64,000 nt of DNA from Desulfomicrobium sp. (GTDB taxonomy: Bacteria; Desulfobacterota; Desulfovibrionia; Desulfovibrionales; Desulfomicrobiaceae), in the NCBI GenBank assembly GCA_040768745.1, contig JAXGMI010000001.1, positions 1,440,001-1,504,000 of the forward strand, in the 5' to 3' direction. Position numbers and translations under genes: made by a program. The notes below the pieces were generated by a model, which was not told the origin of the DNA, made no database searches, and worked only from the letters and a program-made list of their open reading frames with translations. Position 1 is the first letter of the stretch, and each line of letters starts with the position of its first letter. Shown here in pieces: positions 40,517-50,333 of the stretch.

Positions 40517-43500
40517 ATGAGCGGTTTCACCCATCTGCACTGCCATTCCGAGTACAGCCTGCTGGACGGCGCCATCCGCCTGAAGGACCTCTGCGCCCGG
40601 GCCGTGGATTTCGGCTTCTCCTCCGCAGCCATCACCGACCACGGCAACCTGTTCGGGGCCTTGCCGTTCTACCTGGAGGCCAAGAAGCACGGGCTCAAGC
40701 CCATCATAGGCAGCGAAATCTATGTCGCCCAGGACATGGCCGACCGGGAGAACAAGCAGCGCTTCCATCTGCTGCTCCTGGCCCAAAACCTCCAGGGCTA
40801 CCACAATCTGGTCAAGATCGTGTCCGCCGGGTTCCTGGACGGGTTCTACTACAAGCCCCGGGTGGACAAGAGTTTCCTCCGCCGTCACAACGCGGGGCTG
40901 ATCTGCCTCTCGGCCTGCCTGCAGGGCGAGGTGCCGTGGAGCCTGCGCTACGAGACCATGGACAAGGCCCTGGACAAGGCCCGGGAGTACATGGAGATCT
41001 TTCCGGACCGCTTCTATCTGGAACTGCAATCCAACGGGCTGAAAGAGCAGGAGGTGGTCAACGACCGTCTCATGGAGCTGGCCAAGAAGACGGGCCTGCC
41101 CCTGGTGGCCACCAATGACTGCCACTACCTGGACAAGGAGGACTACGAGGCCCACGACATTCTCTTGTGCGTGGGCACGGGCAAGATCGCCTCGGAGAAG
41201 CAGCGCCTCAGGTTCGAGACCAACGAGTTCTACTTCAAGGCCCCGGAGGAGATGGAGGAGGCCTTTGCCCATTGTCCCGAAGCCATCGACAACGCGGGTC
41301 GCATCGCTGACTTGTGCGAGGTGGAACTCCAGCTCAAGCAGCATTTTTTCCCGGTTTACGACGTCCCGGAGGGCTCCTCCCTGGACCAGGAATTCCGGCG
41401 TCTGGCCGAGGAGGGATTGCAGGAGCGCATCAGGGCCCTGCCCTACGAAGTGGACGAGCAGAGGTACCGCGAACGCCTGGAGTTCGAACTGCAGGTCATC
41501 ATCGAGAAGGGTTTCCAGGCCTACTTCCTCATTGTCCAGGACTTCATCAACTGGGCCAAATCCAGAGGCATTCCCGTGGGGCCTGGACGCGGTTCCGCCG
41601 CGGGATCCCTGGTGGCCTATGCCCTGAAGATCACGGACCTGGATCCCATCCGCTACCATCTCTTTTTCGAACGCTTCCTGAACGTCGAGCGCGCGTCCCT
41701 GCCGGACATCGACGTGGATTTCTGCTACAATCGCCGCGACGAGGTCATCCGCTACGTGTCCGAGAAGTACGGGGCTGACCATGTGGCCCAGATTGTGGCC
41801 TTCGGAACCATGAAGGCCAAGGGCGCTGTCCGCGACGTGGCCAGGGCCCTGGACATCAGCCTGAAGGACGCGGACCGCATCGCCAAGCTCATCCCCGACG
41901 ATCTGAAAATGACCCTGAACAGGGCCCTGGAGGAGGAGCCGGAACTCAAGGCCCTCATCGACACGGACCCCCGATTCCAGAAGCTGTACGACGTGGCCCG
42001 CCGTCTGGAAGGACTGGCCCGGCATTCATCCATCCACGCCGCCGGCATCGTCATTTCCCAGAAGCCCATGGTGGAGTATCTGCCCCTGCACAAGGGCAAG
42101 AACGGGGAGGTTGTGACCCAGTTCGACATGAAGAAGGTCGAGGCGGTGGGCCTCATCAAGTTCGACTTCCTGGGTCTGAAGACCCTGACCGTCATCAACG
42201 ACGCCCTGAAGCTCATCCGCAAGAACGGCAAACCCGTGCCGATTCTCGAAAAGCTGCCTCTGGACGACCCGCAGACCTTCGAACTTCTCTGCCGGGGGGA
42301 GACCGACGGCGTGTTCCAGTTGGAGTCCGACGGCATGCGCAGGGTGCTCAAAGGTCTCAAACCTTCCTGCTTCGAGGACATCATCGCCCTCTTGGCCCTG
42401 TACCGGCCAGGTCCGCTGGAAAGCGGCATGGTGGAGGACTTCATCGGCCGCAAGCACGGCCTGCGCAAGGTCGAGTACGAGTACCAGGAGCTGGCGCCGG
42501 TCGTGCATCCCATCCTGGAGGACACCTACGGGGTCATTCTCTACCAGGAACAGGTCATGAAGATCGCCTCGGACCTGGCCAAGTACTCCCTTGGCGAAGG
42601 GGACAACCTGCGGCGGGCCATGGGCAAGAAGGACCCTGCCGAGATGGCCAAGCAGCGGGTCCGCTTCCTGGACGGGGCCAGGGAGAACGGCATTTCCCAG
42701 GAAGCGGCGGAATACATCTTCGACCTGATGGAAAAATTCGCCGGCTATGGGTTCAACAAGTCCCACAGTGCGGCCTACGCGGTCATCTCCTACCAGACGG
42801 CCTACGTGAAGGCCCATTATCCTGCCGAGTTCATGGCCGCCATCATCACCTCGGAGGTCTCCAACTCGGACAAGGTGCTGGCCCATGTCAGCGCCTGCCG
42901 GGACATGGGGCTGGAGGTCCTCCCGCCGGACATCAACAAGAGTTTCAACGAGTTCACCGTCGAAGGGCAGTCCATCCGGTACGGATTGTCCGGGATCAAG
43001 GGGGTGGGCGAGAGCGCGGTGGAATCCATTGTTGAGGAGCGGGAAAAAGGCGGGGCCTTCACCAGTCTGCTCGATTTCTGCCAGAGGGTGAATCTGCGCA
43101 GGGTCAACAAGAAGGTATTGGAATGCCTGATCAAGTCTGGGGCCATGGACGCATTCGGCTGTTCCCGGGCCGCACTCCTGGCCGGCCTGGACAAGGTCCA
43201 GAGCATGGCCCAGAAGCGGGCCAAGCGCAAAACCTCTGGGCAGCTGTCCTTTATGGCCATGGTGGAGGAGAACACCTGCAGCCTGACGGGTCTGGGCCTG
43301 GAAACCGAAGAGGCTGATCTTCCCGAATTCGGGGACGCCGAGAAGTGCCGCATGGAAAAGGAAGCATTCGGCTTTTTTCTTGTGGGTCATCCCCTGCAGC
43401 CATACCGGCAGGAAATCCGGCGCCTGGGCTATCATTCCCTGGCCCAGTGCGCTGACCTGCCGGAGAAGGCGGCCGTGCAGGTGCCGGTCCTGGTCACGGC

Positions 43501-43972
43501 CACCAAAACCATCGTGACCAAGAAGGGTGACCGCATGGCCTTCTGCGCCATCGAGGACCTCAGCGGGTCGGGCGAGGCCATCGTTTTTTCAGAACCCTAC
43601 GCGGCCTGCAAGCACCTGCTTGAAGGCGAGGAGCCTCTCCTGCTCACCGGCACAGTGGGCAAGCAGGATAAAATCGACGACGAGGGCGAAGACGTGTCCA
43701 GGAAGCCCAAGCTCCTGGCGGAATCCTTCAAGCCGCTGGCCGGGGTGGTGGGTTTGGGTTCGGATCCCGTCGTGCTGCGGGTGCGGGCCAATGGCAGGAC
43801 CTTTGACTGGGATGGGCTGGACAGCCTGCTCAGGCAGTATCCGGGGCAGGCTCCGGTGCAGATCGATCTGGTCCGGGAGGAGTATGTGTGCCGGATGCAG
43901 TTCGGGCCGGATTTGCTGGTCGGGCCGTGTCCGGATTTCTGGCGGGATTTCGAGAACTGGAAAGAGGCCTAA
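40517..43972 (+). CDS. dnaE: DNA polymerase III alpha subunit
   Basis: HLHCHSEYSLLDG, TDHG, GPGRGSAAGS, PDIDVDF, FAGYGFNKSH; normal length, no intein evident. Confidence 0.98.
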   Translation: MSGFTHLHCHSEYSLLDGAIRLKDLCARAVDFGFSSAAITDHGNLFGALPFYLEAKKHGLKPIIGSEIYVAQDMADRENKQRFHLLLLAQNLQGYHNLVKIVSAGFLDGFYYKPRVDKSFLRRHNAGLICLSACLQGEVPWSLRYETMDKALDKAREYMEIFPDRFYLELQSNGLKEQEVVNDRLMELAKKTGLPLVATNDCHYLDKEDYEAHDILLCVGTGKIASEKQRLRFETNEFYFKAPEEMEEAFAHCPEAIDNAGRIADLCEVELQLKQHFFPVYDVPEGSSLDQEFRRLAEEGLQERIRALPYEVDEQRYRERLEFELQVIIEKGFQAYFLIVQDFINWAKSRGIPVGPGRGSAAGSLVAYALKITDLDPIRYHLFFERFLNVERASLPDIDVDFCYNRRDEVIRYVSEKYGADHVAQIVAFGTMKAKGAVRDVARALDISLKDADRIAKLIPDDLKMTLNRALEEEPELKALIDTDPRFQKLYDVARRLEGLARHSSIHAAGIVISQKPMVEYLPLHKGKNGEVVTQFDMKKVEAVGLIKFDFLGLKTLTVINDALKLIRKNGKPVPILEKLPLDDPQTFELLCRGETDGVFQLESDGMRRVLKGLKPSCFEDIIALLALYRPGPLESGMVEDFIGRKHGLRKVEYEYQELAPVVHPILEDTYGVILYQEQVMKIASDLAKYSLGEGDNLRRAMGKKDPAEMAKQRVRFLDGARENGISQEAAEYIFDLMEKFAGYGFNKSHSAAYAVISYQTAYVKAHYPAEFMAAIITSEVSNSDKVLAHVSACRDMGLEVLPPDINKSFNEFTVEGQSIRYGLSGIKGVGESAVESIVEEREKGGAFTSLLDFCQRVNLRRVNKKVLECLIKSGAMDAFGCSRAALLAGLDKVQSMAQKRAKRKTSGQLSFMAMVEENTCSLTGLGLETEEADLPEFGDAEKCRMEKEAFGFFLVGHPLQPYRQEIRRLGYHSLAQCADLPEKAAVQVPVLVTATKTIVTKKGDRMAFCAIEDLSGSGEAIVFSEPYAACKHLLEGEEPLLLTGTVGKQDKIDDEGEDVSRKPKLLAESFKPLAGVVGLGSDPVVLRVRANGRTFDWDGLDSLLRQYPGQAPVQIDLVREEYVCRMQFGPDLLVGPCPDFWRDFENWKEA

Positions 43973-43973
43973 G

Positions 43974-44117
43974 AGCCTGTTGAAAAATGATCTTTTCGGG
44001 AGGCTGTCCAAAAATTCTTCTGGCCAGGCGTGAGAAAAGCTCAAGGCCGACGTGAAGATAGACCTACACGAGGGTTTGAAGTCTTCGAAGCAACAGCGCC
44101 AGAATAAGCAACAGCCT
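43974..44117. mobile_element. MITE-like non-coding element (long imperfect hairpin)
   Basis: Ends AGCCTGTTG / CAACAGCCT; nested complementarities AGGCTGT/ACAGCCT, TTCTGGC/GCCAGAA, TCAA/TTGA, CGTG/CACG. Confidence 0.55.
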
Positions 44118-44132
44118 TCTAAGGGGGGTATC

Positions 44133-44525
44133 GTGGGACAGGGACAATGGCGGCTCAGAGTCAGCGGGGATTTCAGCTCTTCCCACCAGCTGCGGCATTA
44201 CGAGGGCAAATGCGAGCACATGCACGGACACAACTTCACGGTCGAGGTGGATGTCATCGGCGACCGCCTTGATCCCAAGCTGGGCATTCTCATGGATTTC
44301 AAGGAATTGAAGCGTCTGCTCAAAATCGTCACCGAGGAACTGGACCACCGGCACCTGAACGATCTGTCCGCCTTTGCCGAACAGAACCCCTCTTCGGAAC
44401 TCCTGGCCGCGTACGTCTTCCGACGCATGGCCGAGCTCCTGGCCGGGCACCCTGTTTGTCTGGCCCAGGTCATGGTTTCGGAAAAGGACAGTTCCCGGGC
44501 CTGGTATTCCGAAGGCCTGGGCTGA
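44133..44525 (+). CDS. queD: 6-carboxytetrahydropterin synthase QueD
   Basis: FSSSHQL, CEHMHGHNF, LDHRHLN, NPSSE; GTG start. Confidence 0.92.
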   Translation: MGQGQWRLRVSGDFSSSHQLRHYEGKCEHMHGHNFTVEVDVIGDRLDPKLGILMDFKELKRLLKIVTEELDHRHLNDLSAFAEQNPSSELLAAYVFRRMAELLAGHPVCLAQVMVSEKDSSRAWYSEGLG

Positions 44526-44986
44526 TGCGCGCCGTGGTGCAGCGGGTCCGCCGGGCCTCGGTAGCTGTGGACGGGAAGGTGGTCGGCGGAGTGGACGCGG
44601 GCAGTCTCGTGCTGATCGGCTTCGGGGGCAGCGACAGTCCGGAGATGGTTGGCGGGTCGGTGTGGAGGAAATTCATCCAGAAGCTGCTGGGCCTCAGGAT
44701 TTTTCCGGACGAGGGCGGGCCCATCAACGCCAGCTTGGCGGAGCACGGCGGAGGGATTCTGGTGGTCTCCCAGTTCACCCTGTATGCGGATGTGCGCAAG
44801 GGGCGGCGGCCATCCTTTTCCGATGCGGCCAAGCCCCATGCGGCCCAAGTCCTCTACGCGGCCTTCGTGACGGACCTGCGCCGCCAGTGGCCCCATGTGG
44901 CCGAAGGCGTGTTCGGGGCGGACATGGACCTCTCCCTGGTCAACTGGGGCCCCGTGACCATCTGGCTGGACAGCGACGAGCTGTAG
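44525..44986 (+). CDS. dtd: D-aminoacyl-tRNA deacylase
   Basis: MRAVVQRV, LRIF, SQFTL, KGRRPSF, GVFGADM, NWGPVT. Confidence 0.95.
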   Translation: MRAVVQRVRRASVAVDGKVVGGVDAGSLVLIGFGGSDSPEMVGGSVWRKFIQKLLGLRIFPDEGGPINASLAEHGGGILVVSQFTLYADVRKGRRPSFSDAAKPHAAQVLYAAFVTDLRRQWPHVAEGVFGADMDLSLVNWGPVTIWLDSDEL

Positions 44987-45060
44987 CGTGGCGGTCCAGG
45001 AAAATCCGGGTATGCGTTGCTTGCTCTGAATTAAAATGCACGGCTTCCTGTGCCGGTCAG

Positions 45061-45088
45061 CGTCATCCCCGCCTTCGCGGGCATGACA
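45061..45088. repeat. REP-like CGTC-tagged palindrome
   Basis: CGTCATCCCCGC-CTTC-GCGGGCATGACA; shares its core with 4570-4583. Confidence 0.55.
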
Positions 45089-45187
45089 CCTCGATGTTGC
45101 CGGCGGCCATGCGTGTTCCACGGGCTCCCGCTTGGCAGGCATGTTGCAAGAATGTCCGGGAACGTTCATTTCTTGACAGGAAGCGCC

Positions 45188-46927
45188 ATGCGTCCCCCCA
45201 ATACGAACCCATCTTTTCGTCTGCGACCTGCGGACGACCCAAGAGCCAAGGCTGTCCAGACTCGTGACTATACCGCAGAGCCTGTCCGCAGCGAGGACGG
45301 TTCCCTGGACGTACGTATTTTGCATCAGGGCCGCATCCGGCACCTGGGCGGAAGGCGCGGGCCAGAGAACGAGCTGCAGAGGGTGGCGCAGATCACTGAC
45401 CGGGCGCTGCCCGTGCTGCTGGGCTCAGGCCTGGGCAAAGGTCTGGAGCATGTGCTGCAGAGCTGGCCCTGTCCGGTGGCCGTGGTGGATCGGGAATCGG
45501 CCATCACCGAGCTGACCGGGGCGCGCAGAAAATGGGCCCACAACCCCCGGGTGTTCTGGATCGCGGATCCAGATCCTGAATCGGTTCTGGACCAGTTGAC
45601 CCGCTGGCAGTTGCACAACGGGGGGATGCCCTTCGCCCCTGTCCTCGATCCCTTTTACGCCCGTCTTGATCCCCCCTATTATCGCGCCCTGGCCGAGCGC
45701 CTGGCCGTCAGCCGCAAGGCTGATTTCTGGGGGGCGGCCCGTTACCCCAAATTCTCCCACCTTGTGCCGCGCATCCTGCTGCTGACCAGCTCGTATTTTC
45801 TGATGGGCGAGATCGAGGCGGCCTGCAAACGTCTGGGCTTTGCGACTGCGTTTGTGCAGCTGCCGAGCCAGGAGATCGGCTCGCAGGAGTTTGTGGAACG
45901 CATCCTGGCGGAAGTCGTGGACTTCCGGCCGGACTTCGTCATGACCATCAATCACCTCGGCGTGGACAAGGAGGGCGTGCTGACCAACCTGCTGGCCCAG
46001 ATGCAACTGCCCCTGGCCTCCTGGTTTGTGGATAACCCCCATCTGATCCTGTATCTCTACGGGAATCTGGCTTCTGAATGGGTCACCCTCTTCACCTGGG
46101 ACGCGGACAATATCGAGTCCCTCAAGACCCAGGGTTTCACCCGCGTGCACTACCTCCCCCTGGCCACGGATCCGCATCGCTTCCGGTTGCGGAAGGCGGT
46201 CCCTGTCCGGGAGGTGGCCTTTGTGGGCAATTCCATGGTCCACAAAGTGCGGGCCAAACTGCAGCACCATGTCTTTCCCGCAGGGCTGATCGACGATCTG
46301 GATCTTCTGGGCCAGGCCTTCAAGGAGAGCGGAATCCTGTCCGTGGCGGCATTCCTGGATGCCGAGTTCCCGGACCATGCCACACTCTTTGGCACCATGC
46401 CGGATACCGAGTCCCGCCTGGCCTATGAAACCCTCCTCACCTGGAAGTCCACGCTGGACCACCGTCTGGAACACGTGATCGAATTGCTGCCGTTCCATCC
46501 AAATATCGTGGGGGACAAAGGGTGGTTCGATATCCTCCCTTCTTTTGGGTGGAGCCACCACCCGGAACTCAATTACTATTCCGACCTCCCGTTCTTCTAC
46601 CCCGCCACGCGGATCAATTTCAACTGCACCAGCCAGCAGATGAAGGGCGCGGTCAACCAGCGGGTCTTCGACGTGCCGGTCTGCGGGGGCTTCCTGCTCA
46701 CGGACCACCGCAGGCAGATGGAGGATCTGTTCGAGCCCGGGCGGGAGATGATCTGCTATGCCGACAGAAGCGAGATAGCAGGACTTGTCCGACATTATCT
46801 GGCCCGTGATGCTGCCAGACAGAAAATCGTCACGGCCGGCCGGGCAAGGATCCTGGCTCACCATACCTATGATCAGCGTCTGACTTCCCTGGTCCGGACC
46901 ATGCGCGAGACCTACGGAAGGCCGTGA
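45188..46927 (+). CDS. CgeB/DUF3880-type glycosyltransferase
   Basis: SWFVDNP, YLPLATDP, VAFVG, INFN, NQRVFDVPVCGGFLLTD, HTYDQR. Confidence 0.8.
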   Translation: MRPPNTNPSFRLRPADDPRAKAVQTRDYTAEPVRSEDGSLDVRILHQGRIRHLGGRRGPENELQRVAQITDRALPVLLGSGLGKGLEHVLQSWPCPVAVVDRESAITELTGARRKWAHNPRVFWIADPDPESVLDQLTRWQLHNGGMPFAPVLDPFYARLDPPYYRALAERLAVSRKADFWGAARYPKFSHLVPRILLLTSSYFLMGEIEAACKRLGFATAFVQLPSQEIGSQEFVERILAEVVDFRPDFVMTINHLGVDKEGVLTNLLAQMQLPLASWFVDNPHLILYLYGNLASEWVTLFTWDADNIESLKTQGFTRVHYLPLATDPHRFRLRKAVPVREVAFVGNSMVHKVRAKLQHHVFPAGLIDDLDLLGQAFKESGILSVAAFLDAEFPDHATLFGTMPDTESRLAYETLLTWKSTLDHRLEHVIELLPFHPNIVGDKGWFDILPSFGWSHHPELNYYSDLPFFYPATRINFNCTSQQMKGAVNQRVFDVPVCGGFLLTDHRRQMEDLFEPGREMICYADRSEIAGLVRHYLARDAARQKIVTAGRARILAHHTYDQRLTSLVRTMRETYGRP

Positions 46928-47013
46928 AGCCCGTTCCGGCCATCTCCATGCTGGTCATCCCGATGCGGCGCCCGGGGACCTCATCCTGAAATTCCCTCCC
47001 ATCTGATCATTTT

Positions 47014-47028
47014 TGGAACGGCTTTTGA
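47014..47028 (+). promoter_or_regulatory. Candidate sigma-54 promoter for fliK-flgD-flgE
   Basis: TGGAACGGCTTTTGA (GG-N10-GA variant of -24/-12), just upstream of the AGGAGG RBS. Confidence 0.5.
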
Positions 47029-47055
47029 TCTGCCTCTTTGACCAGGAGGCAGAGC

Positions 47056-49572
47056 ATGCAATTTTTTCCCCCAGTGAAGGCCACGTCGCAGCAGAGAACC
47101 ACGGAAACCAAGGCGGCCACGTCTGGAGACATGAAGCGGCAGCAGGGATTTTCGGCACTGTTGTCCACGGAGTTGGCCACCGAGGGCAGAAATTTTTCCC
47201 TGTCCAAGAATATCCGTTCAGGAAAGACCCTTGGCATGTCCGAAAATGGGTCGTCTGTCTCATCTGATACGGAACGTGCCGAACGGCAATCCGCGCATGC
47301 CGACAGCAAGCACGATCCCACACGGATCCGGTCCAAGTCAGCCCATCGGGTGGTCGCGTTCGATGCAGAGAACATTGGAACTCCGACGGATATGCCGCTG
47401 CTGACCGAGTGCGGGGTGCATGTTTCTTCCAGAATGCCCGACGTTTCTGCCGGGTCGGAAGATGGGACGAAATCTGGGGCCAGCGGGCCAGAGGCACAGA
47501 GCCCGGGTCAAAATGAGCCAGATGCAATGCGCACCAAGCCGGGGCAGAAGGGTGACGTCATCCTCTGCTCCCTCTCTACCCTGAGGCAGGGCAAAGAGAG
47601 GGAATCGTCGCCGAGAAACGAGAGGACACTCCCGATTGTTCAGCCTGTGGGAGTGGGCTTTGACGATACAGCCAGCGCGGAAAAGAAAGAGCCCCCGAGG
47701 ATTCTGGGTGCAGGACTGGAGCAATGGAAGAGGGAGCTTCGTGTCTTTGTCCAGCAGGAAGTGCGGCCAGATTCAGTGCAGCGGCCTGCAGAGATGGGGG
47801 GCGGTTCAGTTTTGGGTGCGGAGTACTCCCACTTGACTCGTCAACGGGAAAACGGTGGCCAGATTGCCGAGTTCAGCAAGGGAAGCGACAGGTTCGATTT
47901 CCGGGCCGAAACGCAGTCCGGCGTCATGACAACTCTGCACACTGCCCGGCCTGCTGCAGAAGCCGGAAGGCAGAGGGGATCTGACCTGTTCAAGGTGCCA
48001 GGGGCGTCCGTGGCAGTGCCGGAGGAGCCGGTAGCAGGCAGAAAAACAGGCGGAACGTCCGTCCTCAACAAGCCCGAAGCGCAGCCAGGAGTCCAGCACT
48101 CAGCTGGAGAGGGATCGGTTTCGGCAGGATCCGCCATAATGTCTGGGGCACAGGCAGCAGGCAGGCAAGACAGCGGGGAGTCTCTTCTCAACAAGTCCGG
48201 AGCGAAGTCCGGAGTCCAGACCGCCCCTGGCCAGGGATCGGTGTCTGCAGGACCGGCGATAGCGTTAGGAGCTCAGCAGTCAAGGATGCAAGCCGGGGAG
48301 AAGTCCAGGGAACACTCGGTGGACATGCGGACCGAGTTGCGGTCTGTGCCCGTGGAGTCAGGGGTGCGTGCAAGCTCCCCAGCAGTGGTGGAGCGACCCG
48401 AATCTGGCGGGGAACCCAGCGGAAATTCAGGGCCTGACAAGCCGGACATGCGGTCCGAATCCCCGATAATGCCTGGCCCAACGGAACATCGGTTCATGTC
48501 AACAACAAAAAAAGCTTCAGACGATCGCACCGTGTTTGGCAGAAGGATTCGGTCTGTAGCGGATTTCGCAGGCAGCAGGCAACCTGTAGCCATCTTTGAA
48601 AAGGGTGCATGGGTTGCATCTCCCATGGGCCTGTCTGATGACTCGTCATCGGGCCTGGACCAGCCGCCGGCCAGTGCGCCTGCACATTCTCTGGATCGGC
48701 ATTCTCCCCAAACCGAAAAGACGACGTCGGCAGAAGCGGTGGGCCTGATGAAGGACCAGCAAAAGGGTATACATGTTCCCCTGCAACAGCAACGTATGGA
48801 AGCAAAGGGAGAAGTGGAGCGGAAAGATGCTCCCAGGTACGGGAATGCCCCCAAAGAAGAGGTACAGTTGTCGGAGGGACAGGGGGCGCAATCTGACGTG
48901 CGGCGTGAATCCACGGTCGGGGGGCGGCAAAATCGTTCTTCCCGGGTGGTTGAGGAAGAAATTTTTGCCGCCCCCATGCAGGATGCTGCGCCTCGGGTAC
49001 GAGGAACAGATGGAGCCGGCAGCAGTCTGTTCGGCGACGAGAATTTCGGGCCATTGTTCCAAGACCGCGGAGGCAGCCCGCTGCAGCAGCATGTGCAGAC
49101 AGGCAGGCGGGATCGCAGCGCCGAAGTGTACAGACAGGTGGAAAACGGAATTTTCACGAATCTGGGTCAGGGCGGCAAGCAGCTGGTCATCCGCCTTGAT
49201 CCGCCGGATCTTGGCCAGATCCGTGTCATCCTGCAGGTGCGGGGCAACGAGGTGCAGGCCGTCCTGCGCACGCCGGACGAGAACACTTCCCATGCCTTGC
49301 ACGAGCAGCTGAGCCAATTGCGGACCCAGCTCGAGTCCCAGGGACTCAAAGTGACCCGGCTGGAAGTCCAGACCGATGCGGCGGATTCCGATACCCAGTC
49401 CCAGTGGCAAGGCGCAGGAGAGCACAACCGCTTTCAGGAGAATCGTGAGTCAGCCATGACCGCCGGGCGTTTGCGGGTTTTAGGGCGAGCGAGTGCAGGA
49501 GTGGTCCAGGATGTGCAGTCTCCTCTGCATAAGGAAAAATCTTCCCCCACCGGGGTGGATATTTTTGCCTGA
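47056..49572 (+). CDS. fliK: Flagellar hook-length control protein FliK (838 aa)
   Basis: Long low-complexity N-terminal region, C-terminal IRLDPPDLGQIRV motif, directly upstream of flgD. Confidence 0.88.
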   Translation: MQFFPPVKATSQQRTTETKAATSGDMKRQQGFSALLSTELATEGRNFSLSKNIRSGKTLGMSENGSSVSSDTERAERQSAHADSKHDPTRIRSKSAHRVVAFDAENIGTPTDMPLLTECGVHVSSRMPDVSAGSEDGTKSGASGPEAQSPGQNEPDAMRTKPGQKGDVILCSLSTLRQGKERESSPRNERTLPIVQPVGVGFDDTASAEKKEPPRILGAGLEQWKRELRVFVQQEVRPDSVQRPAEMGGGSVLGAEYSHLTRQRENGGQIAEFSKGSDRFDFRAETQSGVMTTLHTARPAAEAGRQRGSDLFKVPGASVAVPEEPVAGRKTGGTSVLNKPEAQPGVQHSAGEGSVSAGSAIMSGAQAAGRQDSGESLLNKSGAKSGVQTAPGQGSVSAGPAIALGAQQSRMQAGEKSREHSVDMRTELRSVPVESGVRASSPAVVERPESGGEPSGNSGPDKPDMRSESPIMPGPTEHRFMSTTKKASDDRTVFGRRIRSVADFAGSRQPVAIFEKGAWVASPMGLSDDSSSGLDQPPASAPAHSLDRHSPQTEKTTSAEAVGLMKDQQKGIHVPLQQQRMEAKGEVERKDAPRYGNAPKEEVQLSEGQGAQSDVRRESTVGGRQNRSSRVVEEEIFAAPMQDAAPRVRGTDGAGSSLFGDENFGPLFQDRGGSPLQQHVQTGRRDRSAEVYRQVENGIFTNLGQGGKQLVIRLDPPDLGQIRVILQVRGNEVQAVLRTPDENTSHALHEQLSQLRTQLESQGLKVTRLEVQTDAADSDTQSQWQGAGEHNRFQENRESAMTAGRLRVLGRASAGVVQDVQSPLHKEKSSPTGVDIFA

Positions 49573-49584
49573 CAGGAGAATGCC

Positions 49585-50295
49585 ATGTCCGTTGAAACGA
49601 TTCTTGCAGGATTGAATTCCGCGCCGAGCAACAGCACCAGCCCTGCCCCTGCTGCGAGCAGCGCATTGGACAAGGACGACTTCCTCAAGCTGCTGGTCAC
49701 CCAACTTCAGCATCAGGATCCCCTCAACCCCCTCGATGACAAGGAGTTCATCGCCCAGCTGGCCCAGTTTTCGAGCCTGGAGCAGATGAACAACATTGCC
49801 GCGGCCATAGGTACCCTGAACGAGACCGTGTCCAGGCAGGATTCACTCAGTGCGGCCAGCTACATCGGGAAAAGTGTCGTCGCTGAGGGGAATACGATCA
49901 CCAAGATGGATGCCGGCATGACTCCCATTTATTTCACCCTGAACAATGCCGCATCAACTGTGTCAATCAACGTGTACGATCAGCATGGAAATATCGTCAA
50001 AACGGAGAGACTGAATGCCATGCAGGCGGGTGAGTACACATTTACGTGGGATGGGACCGATTACAACGGCAAGCAGGCCGCCAACGGTCAGTATTCCGTG
50101 TACTTCTCAGCCGAAGGTGCAAAAGGGAGCGCTGTCCTCGTCGATACCGAGGTCACGGGCACGATCACCGGCATATCCAAGACAAGCGAGGGAACATATT
50201 TCAAGTTGAGTGACGGACGCACAATCGGATTCGAGGACATAACCATGATTGCCGAAGCAGCAAAAGGGTCTTCGGAAACGGCCCAGAACGAGTAG
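49585..50295 (+). CDS. flgD: Flagellar hook capping protein FlgD
   Basis: FLKLLVTQLQHQDPLNP, AQLAQFSSLEQ, FTWDGTD. Confidence 0.96.
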   Translation: MSVETILAGLNSAPSNSTSPAPAASSALDKDDFLKLLVTQLQHQDPLNPLDDKEFIAQLAQFSSLEQMNNIAAAIGTLNETVSRQDSLSAASYIGKSVVAEGNTITKMDAGMTPIYFTLNNAASTVSINVYDQHGNIVKTERLNAMQAGEYTFTWDGTDYNGKQAANGQYSVYFSAEGAKGSAVLVDTEVTGTITGISKTSEGTYFKLSDGRTIGFEDITMIAEAAKGSSETAQNE

Positions 50296-50333
50296 AAAAT
50301 TTCCATCCAGCACGGTCGAATGAGGAGGTAGAT

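Noticed and set aside
40517..43972. Intein or split in dnaE
   Set aside because: Length and motif continuity are normal.
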